A stretch of 64,000 bases of DNA, taken from NCBI RefSeq assembly GCF_006345805.1, contig NC_043008.1, positions 79,112,001 to 79,176,000 of the forward strand. The letters run 5' to 3'. The translations under genes were made by a program, and so were the position numbers. The notes under the pieces are model-generated. The model ran no database searches and was not told the DNA's origin. It worked only from the letters and a program-made list of their open reading frames with translations. The stretch comes from Octopus sinensis (Eukaryota). This document shows positions 49,991 through 61,849 of this stretch, piece after piece (the stretch's first letter is position 1; every line of letters starts with the position of its first letter).

Positions 49991-50132
49991 ATTATATATA
50001 TATATATGTAATATGTATAAAAGCGAAAGAATATTAACAGCCGACGAGAGTGTATCGTAGCTATTCGCTCCGACATTCGAAACTGAGTACTAATAATGAC
50101 AACAGTTTACTGTTTGCTCTATAAATTATACC

Positions 50133-50167
<35 letters not shown>

Positions 50168-50200
50168 TATATATATACACATATATATACACACACACAC

Positions 50201-50233
<33 letters not shown>

Positions 50234-50275
50234 TATATATATACACATATATATATATACACACACACACATATA

Positions 50276-50306
<31 letters not shown>

Positions 50307-50332
50307 TATATATACACACACATATATATATA

Positions 50333-50550
50333 TATTGTTATATTTCGGAATGGTCATTTTGCCAGTTTAGCCAATAAAAACACACGCACTATATATTTGG
50401 TGTTACTTTGCTTCAGTGTTATTTATTTTTTACATTAATCTTATTTCGGCCAGAGTTCTTTCGTCACACTCCTGTGACCGCATCAGTAGTCTTTTGTTTT
50501 CTTCTCACTTATTTGTGTCTCTCCTTACTAACCGTCAGCCATTTTGTATT
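50333..50550 (-). mobile_element. Solo Penelope-type terminal repeat without ORF, containing a hammerhead-like motif
   Basis: Near-identical reverse complement of about 31738-31958; flanked by microsatellite on the left and an unrelated repeat on the right. Confidence 0.8.
50448..50492 (-). ncRNA. Hammerhead ribozyme-like motif (same A9-to-C variant as at 31797)
   Basis: Minus strand: gacta CTGATGC g GTCACA ggag TGTGAC GAAA gaa CTC|tggcc. Confidence 0.65.
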
Positions 50551-50696
50551 AAATGTAGAAAAATACAAGCTGGGACAAGAAAGTAAAACATTTAGAAGAC
50601 GATACAAAAAACACGGACGGGACATTCGAAGCCTTCAATCTTCAGTCAAGAAACGGATCATCCTCGCAATTTCGGCTGATTAATCTTGAGATCGTT

Positions 50697-50751
<55 letters not shown>

Positions 50752-51291
50752 ATATATATACACACATACATATATATATATACACATATATATACATATA
50801 TATATACACACATATGTATATACACGTATATATATATATACATATATATTGTTGTTGGCATCCTTTTGTCTCGTGAGACAATGGAGTTGCGCATAAAATA
50901 ATCTAGTCCGGACATACATGCATATATATATATATATATATACATACATATATATACACACACACATTATATATATATATATATATACATTCACTACATA
51001 CATATATATATGTATAAATATATACATATCTGATTTGAAATCTGAGTGTTTGAATGTTTTGCTTATACATGTATATATATACATACATATATATATATTT
51101 GAGTAATTGAATGAATTATCTTATTAAGGATAATTTGAAAGATAACCGATACCTGGGTAGCAAATTCACATCAGAAAGAACACGGTTGAAGCTACGTCCC
51201 TAGGGCATAGACTACGTGTCTTTGTGCAGAAATTTGTATGTTTATTTTAAAATTATAAGAATGGAGTTGAACGACTAGTTAACAAATATTT

Positions 51292-53087
51292 GTGGGGTTG
51301 CCCTGTACGTCCGTGAAGATGTCACACCCATAGTACTGTTGACACACTCAAACTCAGTCTGTGACACACTGATAGTACACATGAAACAACCGAAAATAGT
51401 AATATGTGTCACATATCGGCCACCAGACACCCCTAGTCATGAAGGAGTGTTTGAAGATAGCCTCAGAAGAATAGAAGAAGTCCTGGACAAACTGGACCAG
51501 GGTAACACCATTCTACTGCTGGGAGATTTTAACCTTCCGAAAGTCAAATGGCCAGATGGCCATCTCCTCCCTGGAATGACATCACTTGAACAGAGACAGA
51601 CAGAGTCCTTGTTGGCTCTCACACGCAAGTTTTTCATGGAACAAGCAGTGCTTCGGCCAACAAGAGGTGAGAATGTCTTGGACATCTGTTTCACAAGCAA
51701 CCCGATGCTCATCCACAACGTGGTGGTGACACCGACAATTCTCTCAGACCACAACTTAGTAGAGGTAATGATATATGGTATGAGAGAGTTAGTTGAGACG
51801 CAGCCATTAGAAAATACCACAGGCCTATCCAGTCTAAACTTCCATAAGGCAAACTGGAAGAAGATCAACGAAGAGATCCGAAAACATGACTGGAGTGACT
51901 TCATCACCACACAAGACACCAACACACATTTCCAACATTTCATGACAACAATACAGAACATATGCCATAAGTTTGTCCCAGAGAAAAGGGCCGGTGGGCA
52001 TAGGAACGTTATTCCCAGAGACAGGAAAATACTTATGAGGCGAAGAGCTAAGCTCTCGAAGCAACTGAATGCACGGCAGAGAAACAATGAGGGACTCCAC
52101 CTGAAACTTTTTGAAACGGAAACTGCACTCAAACTTTCCTATGAGAAGGAGAGGGCAGAGAGAGAGGCCAGGGCCGTAGAGAATATTAAAACAAACCCTA
52201 AAGCCTTCTTTAAATTTGCGAAAGAAACCACCTCGGTACACTGCAAGATTGGCCCACTCTTTGATAAAAAGGGCTCTCTAACTGAGGACCCCCAAGGGAT
52301 AAGTGAAATACTAAAGGAACAGTATAAAAGTGTGTCACATCCCCTCTGGGGCACATGCAAATCACAAACCCAGAAGTTTTCTTGATGCCACAACACTCCA
52401 AAACAAACAAACACAACCATCGACCACATAGACATAACAGAGAGGGATGTAATATCTGCCATAGAAGAAATGAGAATAAACTCAGCTGCTGGACCAGATG
52501 GATTCCCAGAAGTCCTCCTGAAAAATGCAGGCATGCCCTAGCGGGACCACTGAAGAGGCTCTTCAGTGGTTCCTTGGCTAACGGTAAACTGCCCAGGGCG
52601 CTAAAAGAAGGCACCATATGCCCTATCCACAAAGGAGGAGTAGAGCAGAGGCCAAAAACTACAGCCAGTCTCCCTGACGTCACACATAAGTAAGGTCATG
52701 GAACGAATCATCAGAAAAAAACTGATCACGTTCCTCGAAGAAACTAACCGTCTCACTGACACACAGCATGGCTTTCGCCCAGGAAGAAGCTGCCTTACGC
52801 AGCTGTTACAACACTACGACTGGGTACTGAAACAACTACTGGATCGCTCACAGGTAGATGTGGTATATCTCGACTTTGCGAAGGCCTTTGACAAAGTCGA
52901 CCACGGAGTGATATGTCACAAATTACTCAGACTCGGCATAACAGGAAAAGTAGGTGAGTGGATACATGACTTCCTGAAGGACAGAAGCCAGATGGTTGCA
53001 GCCAATGGAGCCCTCTCGGGAAAGACACCAATAGCAAGCGGGGTGCCACAGGGCACAGTCTTGGGACCCTTGCTGTTTTTGGTGGCG
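51292..53087 (+). mobile_element. CR1-like LINE, 5'-truncated, running into the gap
   Basis: Endonuclease (VTYRPP, LLGDFNLP, LDICFT, SDHNLV); RT (QHGFRPGRSCLTQLL, YLDFAKAFDKVDH, SGVPQGTVLGPLLF); frameshift near 52365. Confidence 0.93.
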
Positions 53088-53187
53088 NNNNNNNNNNNNN
53101 NNNNNNNNNNNNNNNNNNNNNNNNNNNNNNNNNNNNNNNNNNNNNNNNNNNNNNNNNNNNNNNNNNNNNNNNNNNNNNNNNNNNNNN
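53088..53187. other. Assembly gap (100 N)
   Basis: Run of n. Confidence 1.
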
Positions 53188-53355
53188 CTAAACGAGTATC
53201 AAGAACACACACTCACACATGAATCATAAACTCCGTATTTCGCAACACACATTTTTTTTTTGATTTTCTGATATTTGTTACGCCCTATATTAACCACTAA
53301 GTAATATCGACGTCAAATTTGGGCGAAATCCGTTGAAATTGGTTTATATATATAT

Positions 53356-53867
53356 ACTAGCAGTATCGCCCGGCGTTGCTCGGGTTTGTAAGGGAAATAA
53401 CTATATAAGCATTTTTAGAGAGTTACTTCCCTTATAGATGCCAATTCGGGCTTTCTTAGCCATTTCTGTTTTGGTGTCTTCAAGCCATGAAGTCGTTGTT
53501 CTAAAAGAACGCTGGTCTCCTTGACAACGCATTACGACGTTGATTTCTTTACACTCCCTTCCTCACAGCTTCACGAGGGAGGGAAGGGGGAGAAGCAAAC
53601 AGGTGCAGGTGTGACCATGGACGCCAACTCCGCCGCCATCGACACACGAAAAATTATGCATTAAAATGGAATAAAAAATGATGGTAAATTATTTTTTAAA
53701 TCGTAGACTCATCGTTGACGCGCGCTAATAGCCAGACGGGCTCGATATGAATCACGACTATAAGATACCCGAATTTGGTTAAACTGCACCGCAAAATGTG
53801 GGAGGAGTTAGGAATCTAAATCGAAGGGGACAGAAACTCACACAACTAGAGTTTTATATATATAGAT
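53356..53867 (+). mobile_element. Non-autonomous Helitron/Helentron-type interspersed element
   Basis: Starts actagcagtatcgcccggcgttgctcggg (subterminal cccg/cggg hairpin) and ends ttttatatatatagat, within TA-rich flanks. This architecture is typical of Lep1/DINE-1-like elements. Confidence 0.6.
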
Positions 53868-53870
53868 ATA

Positions 53871-54185
53871 TCGTTGTTCGTCGAGATGACGTGATAACCT
53901 GTTCAGAATTATCTTTGTGAACAGCTTGTACACGTGAGACAGCAGGCATATGGGTCGGTAGTTCTTTAGGTCTTCTCTATCGCCCTTCTTACATAGCAGG
54001 ATGGTATTCGACTCTTTCCACTCGTCTAGATCGTGCGTGAATCGCTCAGCAAGGACTTTCCAGAGCTGCTCTTTGCCTGACTCTCTGCTACGATGGTGGA
54101 GTTACGATTTCAGGGGGACGATTGGAATCACGTGGATGAGAAATGCGCGATCCAGAGACGAGTGGACAGCAGTGTGGCAATTGCC
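53871..54185. mobile_element. Rearranged RTE fragment (RT piece on minus, C-terminal piece on plus)
   Basis: Minus 53871-54080: KKGDREDLKNYRPICLLSHVYKLFTKIILNRL. Plus 54091-54185: RWWSYDFRGTIGITWMRNARSRDEW. Confidence 0.8.
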
Positions 54186-54203
54186 TATATATATATATAT
54201 ATA

Positions 54204-54287
<84 letters not shown>

Positions 54288-54289
<2 letters not shown>

Positions 54290-56396
54290 TACTAGTCGCG
54301 TAGATTGGACCCGGTGCGCGCATCCGCGCTAACCAGTTGTAGGTAGTCGATCCTACAGCGACTTGCGTATGCAAATGAGCTGATTGGCGCAACACTGCAA
54401 AAACTAAGTTAATAGCGAGCCCCTACTGTAGCTTAGGAAATATATTTTTTTCAAAGTAGACCACTACAGGCGACAATTCACTTGTGTTTACTTTGAATAG
54501 CTACGGCAAACTGCAGCATGAAAATTCAAAAAAAAGTTTTTAAAAATTGGCTTAACCCCTCCCCCAACAAGGTAATTTTACTGTAGGCTTCAACAGGAAA
54601 ATCGGTTACTGGTTACAAGCCAACAACGTGGGGTCAGAATTTAGTTGCCAGGCAGATAGAGGAAGGGTAGTACAGTGACAGATCACAGACGAAGATAACA
54701 CTAATTGCCTCGTATGAAATGGTTCACTGTGTTAACTAATGAGGCTCCTGTCAACGACCAAGTCTCTTCAATGGAAACTTAAAGTAACCAAATTTCCCCC
54801 ACGTAGAAATAAAACATTTCTATGAAGTAAAGGGTTACTTTACGTCTGATTAAAAATAAACTCCTTTGATCAGGTCTGCACAACCAGGGCAATCTTGGGA
54901 CTGGGAACTGTTCAGCTGAAGTTAAAGACGAGAGTTCAGTTGGGTCTTTGGAGAATCTGAAAACAAGGAGCAAACACAGACCTTGTACAACTTCGGTCAA
55001 GAGATATCTTCCACCGAGCTGTTAGAAATAGCAGCCGAATTTTGTTTTAAAGTCAAACTGAACAATGCAATATTGGATTTACAACAAAGCGGGATGGCCA
55101 CGACCAAAATGTCTAATAATTTAGGGTTGGTCAGGGGTTAAATTCCAGTTGAAAGAGAACGAGCATAGCTGAATGGTTAACGAAGTTTGCCGTAGCTATT
55201 CAAAGTAAACACAAGTGAATCGTCGCCTGTAGTAGTTGGTCTACTTTGAAAAAAAAATTGTTTGACTGTCCTTAAGGTTGTTTTGCTTTTTTTTTTCAAT
55301 GCTTCTAATTGGTGTCGCTAGAATCGACTTAATACTTTTGTATCTCATGCTTTGTCTCCTCTGTGTTTTGCCCCTTGCCGCAACAAATTTACACAAAAGG
55401 TAAATAAACCAGAAGGGGCAGGGGGGCAATGTTTCATCGTTTCGGAGTCAATAAATTAAGTACCAATTACGCACTGGTGTCAAGGATTTTTTTCCCAATT
55501 TATATCACAGCCTCCGACAAGCTGGGGCATCCTTTTATGAAAAAATATTTCGCAAATTTTTACAATACGACCCACACTCCACGCGCACCCTCTAGACCGA
55601 TTTAGGCATATTATTGTTTTGTTTTTGTTGTTTCTGGCCCTTCAAAACCATGGGAGAAGCCTTTTCGGTAAAAAAAAATGAAGAAAATATTCAAAAAATA
55701 TCGTTAATATTTTTATTGGGCGACGGAATTCATCGATTTAAGAGAGATATAGCTGTTATTTCTAGCACATGCCTCCTCCTTCCGCCTTTGTTTATCAAAC
55801 AGACAGAAGAGAGAAGGATGAATAACACGTGTGTGTGTATGTGCTGTTTACGTTGCAAGAGGATATTGTCTGAGTTTTTAGACGCAGCAAATGATTTGAG
55901 CTCAAATGCTGGCATTTCATTGGTTAAAATTCGAAGAATTAAACTACGTTAAACTTACAAATTACAATTTTGTTTACAATAATGTTTTCTTTTGACACAT
56001 TCTACCAGTATACGAAGTTTCAAATTGTGTAGTTAACTAGAAAATTCCGTCCATCAAAAGGAAAAGATCCGATGTACCTACTATGAATGTTGTCCAAAAA
56101 CTAAAAACTAGTAAAAGAATATATCACACATTAACACATATATGATATCTATTTTTTATCGGTGTGTATATACACACACACACATGATTAAAAACTAAAG
56201 AATATGAAAACTAAAAGAATATATCACACACATTTTATTTGATTTGTGTAAAAAAATCATATACATTGTTCTAAGAAATAATTTATTTACTTTCTTTAAA
56301 AAATTCTTTTATTTTATTCTGTAAAATCAACTCATTTGCATACGCGCAAGTCGTTGTAGGATCGACTACTTACGACTAGCTAGCGCGTAGTACCTG
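54288..56396. mobile_element. Non-autonomous DNA element with terminal inverted repeats, in (TA)n
   Basis: 54288-54385 (ggtacta...gtagtcgatcctacagcgacttgcgtatgcaaatgagctgatt) matches the reverse complement of 56326-56396; both ends abut TA. Confidence 0.7.
54435..55275. mobile_element. Nested MITE with about 68-bp inverted repeats
   Basis: 54445-54512 is a near-perfect reverse complement of 55184-55257; the right end is followed by ...gactgtcc|ttaa. Confidence 0.8.
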
Positions 56397-57670
56397 TATA
56401 TATATATATATGTATAATATAATATATAATTATATGTGGGCACCACACATATACACACACGTACGTACGTAAACCTATTGCATATGTTTTCGCACGTATG
56501 TTCATAAACAGAAATGAATGGAAAAAATGTTGGTAAATTTGTAGATTAACACTCGCACGATTTTCGCTAAGAAAAAAAAATTGTTTTTTGCGTGGAATCA
56601 ACTACTCTTGCCGCCTAATATGCTACAAAACCCTTTTTGTGGGGTGTGGTGGAAGTCTCGGAAGTTGTACCCATTTATATTGCGTAATTCACTAACTGTT
56701 ACCTACCGCTTCCTTTCTTTGTTGTTAAAGAAATGGATTCTCAACAAAACACTTTTTTACTCAGCGTAAAAAACAAAACTCTTTTGCACCCAAAGTAATG
56801 TGTGTGAGAGAGAGGGGGGAGAAAGATGAACGATTTAAAATAGATGAATGATTTAAAATAAATATATTGTAATTGTTGTGTGAGAAAGTATATATACTCT
56901 GATTATAAAATATGGGGTCTTTCCAAAACATCCTAAATTTGAAGACTATAATCTCGTGTTTAAGAAAGAACAAAACATTTTACATTTTATTTTTTATGAA
57001 CGCTGTGACTTACTCGCCCCCCTCTCTCTCTCTCACTTTGTCTTTACCTTTTGTTAGACGCTTTCAAATCCTCTGCCTCTCTCCGACTTATTTTTTTTGT
57101 TAGACACTGTCAAAGTATCTCCCACCCTTCCTTACACATACTTTTTCTTTACTATTTTTGTTAGACAGTGCGAAACACTCCCTCACACACACATACATCA
57201 ACACACAACTTCTCTCTCTCCCTCACGCACACACTTTCTTTTGGCTATGGCTAGAAGGGACTTAACTCATGTTAGCAACCTTCAAAATTGGTTAAAGCTA
57301 CGGCTGAAAATAGATTTTTACTGGTATCCGCGGGTACCTCGTGAAAAAAATAAGTTGACAAAACCCAGGTAGGATGTTGACGAATGTCCTCCTAAAATTG
57401 GAGCGACATGCGTGCTTATTTGTGGACATGTATAAATTACAATCCCGTACACACACACACACATCATGCCTTTTATAGATACAGATATATGTATATGTAC
57501 ACGTGTGTATATAGATATACACAAATACACACACATATATAAACGCACATGTATGCATTGCATCCAGTTTTATAATAAATCTATTTCTGTTTCATAAAAA
57601 AGCCTTTATCTTTTTGATATTCAATGTGTATTTTCGCTTCTTTCTTCTTACTTTCTCCATATATATATAT

Positions 57671-59288
57671 CTTCCCAGGCGAAGAATGTACCACACAACA
57701 TAGACTGGTAGTTAGTGACTTCAGGATCAGGGCTAAATGGATGCCCAGAAGACGACCTGCAAGGAGAAGATGGGTCTGGAGACTTAAAGATCCTGCTAAC
57801 GGACGGAGGTTTAGAGACACATTACTCGGAGCATTTGACAAAATAGAAGGGGATATAGCTTCACATGGTATAGAAGACAACTGGAGGTTCCTACGGGACA
57901 ACCTGTTAAGGGCCACCGACCAGCTCTGTGGATGGTGCAAAGCCCCCTCTCAACCCAAAATAACGTGGTGGTGGTGGAACAATGTTGTTGACAAGGCTAT
58001 TAGAGAAAAGAAACAAGCTTTGAAGGACTGGAAGAACGGTGGTAGCAGGGAAGTGTATCAGACTGCCAGAAGGGAAGCTAGGAGGCAGGTTTATTTATCC
58101 AGAGGGGAAGATGATAAGAAAAAGTTTGCCAATGTTCTGCGCTGTGAGGACCAAAGACTTGAGGTACTTCATGTTGCAAGACAGTTTGTGAGAGAGAATC
58201 GTGATGTCATAGGAGAGAAATGTGTTCACATGGATGATGGTTCACTTGCACTAAACGAGGTTGCAAAGAGAGAGGTTTGGAGATGCCACTATGAAAGATT
58301 GCTGAATAAAGAAAATGAATGGGATAAAGAGATTCTGCTGAATGTCGACCCAACAGATGGACCTGATATCTGAGTTGACAGTACCTTGGTAGATAAAGCA
58401 ATTAAGAGTATGAAGACAGGGAAAGCCCCCAGCGCATCAAGAATCATTGCAGAGATGCTCAAAATATCTGGCAGTGTCGGCTATAGCCTAGTCACCTGTA
58501 TAGTTAACCAGATGATACACGAAGGAGTCATACCCAATGACTGGTGTAGCAGCATAATAGTCAACTGCTACAGAGGTAAAGGTGACGCTTTACATACAAA
58601 TGATTACAGAGGTATCAAGTTGTTGGATCATGTAATGAAGGTCACAGAGAGGGTCATAGCCCAACTAGTTAGGGAGAGAGTCAGTTTAGATGAGATACAG
58701 TTCGGTTTTGTGCCAGGGAAAAATACCACTGATGCTATGTTTCTGGTAAGACGGCTGCAGGAGAAATACTTGGCCAAAGATAAACCTATGTACCTGGCTT
58801 TCGTTGACATGGAGAAAGCCTTTGACAGGGTCCTCCAATCCCTTATCTGGTGGTCAATGAGGAAACTAGGGATAGATGAATGGTTAGTGAAAGCTGTGTA
58901 AGCCATGTACAGGGACGCTGTCAGTAAGATGAGGGTTGGCAACGAGTACAGTGAAGAATTCCAAGTGGAGGTAGGGGTCTACCAACGTTCAGTCCTCAGC
59001 CCCCTCCTATTTATCATAGTCTTCCAGGCAATAACAGAGGAATTCAAGACAGGATGCCCCTGCAAGCTCCTCTATACTGATGACCTTGCGCTAATTGCTG
59101 AGTCACTATCAGAACTAGAGGGGACATTTTCAATGGTTAGCTCATATAATTTCGTTAAGTTGATTACTCGTTTCTCGTCCTATTTATAGAGTTTCTACCT
59201 ACGCCTTTTCTACAGATCGAGCAGGGCCATCTACCTGAGGGGATTTGTGGTTTGCCTGCCTTCCTACTTATTAGGACTTTGGTTTTAG
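57671..59288 (+). mobile_element. PHD-RTE copy (endonuclease tail to RT5) with a short inverted continuation at 59185-59288
   Basis: ORFs 57624-58373, 58386-58901 and 58905-59189 are homologous to copy 1; the 5' end abuts (TA)n. Confidence 0.9.
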
Positions 59289-59389
59289 ATGGTATTGGCA
59301 CTCGAAACTGGAGGTCTGTGATGCATGTAACCTTTTAATCTGCAACACTAACTTCAGGAAGCCAGACAGCTACCTTATAACATATTAAT

Positions 59390-61790
59390 CAGGGGACTCT
59401 GCTAGCCAGATTGATTTCATCCTCACCAGACAGCAGGATGCAGGGTTGCTCTTAAATACAAAGACCCTTCAGTGTGAAGAATGTACCCCCCAGCATAGGC
59501 TAGTCATTAGTGACTTTAGCCTCGAGGCCAGAAAGATTCCAAGAAGCAGACCAATCCAAAAAAGATAGATTTGGAAGCTAAAGAACCCTTCACATGGTCA
59601 GAGATTTAAGGACATCGTCATCAAGAAATTTGAGGAGAGGGACGAGGAGCTACAGACATCGGATATAGAAGGTAGCTGGAAATTCCTATGGGACAGCTTG
59701 CTGAGTGCCACAGACCAAGTCTGTGGTTGGTGCAAAGCCCCTTCCAGATCTAGAGTCACATGATGGTAGACAAAGCCATTAGAACAAAGAAACAGGCCTG
59801 GAAAGCCTAGAAGGGTGGGCATAGCAAGGAACTGTACCAGGTAGCCAAAATGGAGGCTGGGCAGCAGGTATACATAGCCAAGAGCAAAGCAGAAAAGAAG
59901 AAGTTTGCCAATGTCCAGCGACATGAGGTCCAAAGAACTGAGGTATTTCAGATTGCAAGACTGTGTGAGAGAAAATTGTGATGTCACAGGAGAGAAATGT
60001 GTCCGCATGGATGATGGTGCACTTGCTTTTAATGATTCTGAAAAGAAAGAGTCTATGAAAGACTGCTGAATGTGGAGAATGAATGGGAGGAGGTGAACCT
60101 GCCAAATGTTGACCCAGTAGAAGGACCAGCTATCCAAATAGACACCTCCCTAGTAGATAAAGCAATTATGAAGCCAGGAAAAGCCCCCGGACCATCAGGA
60201 ATCACTTAAAACATCTGGTGGTGTGGGCTATGGCCTAGTCACCCACATTGTTCATGATGGAGTCATACCCAATGACTGGTGTAGCAGCACCATTGTCAAC
60301 TGCTACAAGGGTAAAAGTGATGCTCTAGATAGGAAAAACTACAGGGGTATCAAACTGCTGGATCAAGTAAAGAAGGTCACAGAGAGGGTCATAGCCCATC
60401 TCATCAGGGAGAGAGTCTGTTTAGATGAGATGCAGTTCGGTTTTGTACTGGGTAGAAGCACCATTGATACCATATTCCTGGTTCGACAACTGCAGGAGAA
60501 ATACCTAGCTATAGATAAACTCCTATACTTAGCTTTTGTGGACTTGGAGAAAGCCTTTGACAGGTTCCCTCGATCACTTATCTGGTGGGCGATGTGGAAA
60601 CTGGAGATTGAGGAATGGTTAATAAGGGCTGTACAGGCCCTTTACAGAGAGGCCGTTAGTAAGGTTAGGATTGGCAATGAGTATAGTGAAGAATTCTGGG
60701 TAGAAGTAGGGGTCCACCAAGGTTCAGTCCTCAGTCTCCTTTTATTCATCATCGTCCTCCAGACAATAACAGAGGAATTCAAGACAGGTTGCCCCAGGGA
60801 GCTCCTCTATGCTGATGACCTGGCCCTCATAGCAGAATCACTACCGGAACTAGAAAAGAAATTTCAGGTGTGGAAGCTAGGTTTAGAATCAAAATGCCTT
60901 AGAGTCAATGTAACAAAGACTAAAGTTCTAGTAAGTAGGAAGGCAAACTAATCAAACGCCCCCTTAGGTAAGTAGCCCTGCTCGATTTGCAGAAAAGGTG
61001 TAGGTAGAAACTCCATAAGATGTACCCAGTATAAGCTATGGACACATAAGATGTGCAGCAACATCAAAGGAAAATTAACCAAGAAGACAGCTTTCGTGTG
61101 CTGCAGATGCACAGAGGCAATAGACACCACAGATACTCAGAAAACAGATTCCATCACACTCCAGGGGGAGAAACTAGAAGTAGTTGATAGTTTCCGCTAC
61201 CTAGGCGACCAAGTTAGTAGTGGGGGTGGATGCTCAGAGATTGTTACCACTAGAATAAGAATAGCCTGGGCAAAGTTTAGAAAGCTTCTTCCCCTACTGG
61301 CGACAAACGGTCTCTCACTCAGAGTGAAAGGTAGATTGTATGACGCATGTATGCGAAATGCTATGATTCACGGCAGTGAAACATGGGCTGTGACTGCAGA
61401 GGACATGCGTAGACTTGAAAGAAATGAAGCTAGTATGATCCGCTGGTTGTGTAATGTGCATACATGACGGAGTGTAAGCACCCTGAGAAATATTGGACAT
61501 ATGAAGCATCGAATGTGGCGTGCAGGAGAGACGTTTGTGTTGGTATGGTCATGTACTATGGATGGATGTGGAGAGATGCATGAAGAAGTGCCACTCCCAA
61601 ACTGTTGAAGGAATCCGGTGTAGAGGTAGACCCAGAAAGACATGGGGCGAGGTGATCAAGCATGATCTTTGTACACTGGGCCTCACGGTGGCTATGACGA
61701 AAGGCCGAGACCTTTGGAGATATGCTGTGACTTCAAAGACCCGACAAATGAAGTTAGTTCATGGCTCGCAGGACAGCCTGCTGTGCTAAC
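59390..61790 (+). mobile_element. Older PHD-RTE copy
   Basis: ORF 60223-60951 (RT, LLYADD), ORF 61051-61467, GRGRPRKTW at about 61625. Confidence 0.9.
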
Positions 61791-61849
61791 CTTGGATCAT
61801 AGGGCAACATATATGTATATATATATATGTGTGTGTGTTACTCTCGGCT

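Noticed and set aside
51437-52132. 231-aa antisense ORF (and other antisense ORFs over LINEs)
   Set aside because: Shadow frames of retrotransposon coding sequence.
55321-55408. Short AG...GT bounded open frame as candidate next NGLY1 exon
   Set aside because: The peptide shows no similarity to the expected PUB continuation and lies inside a TIR element.
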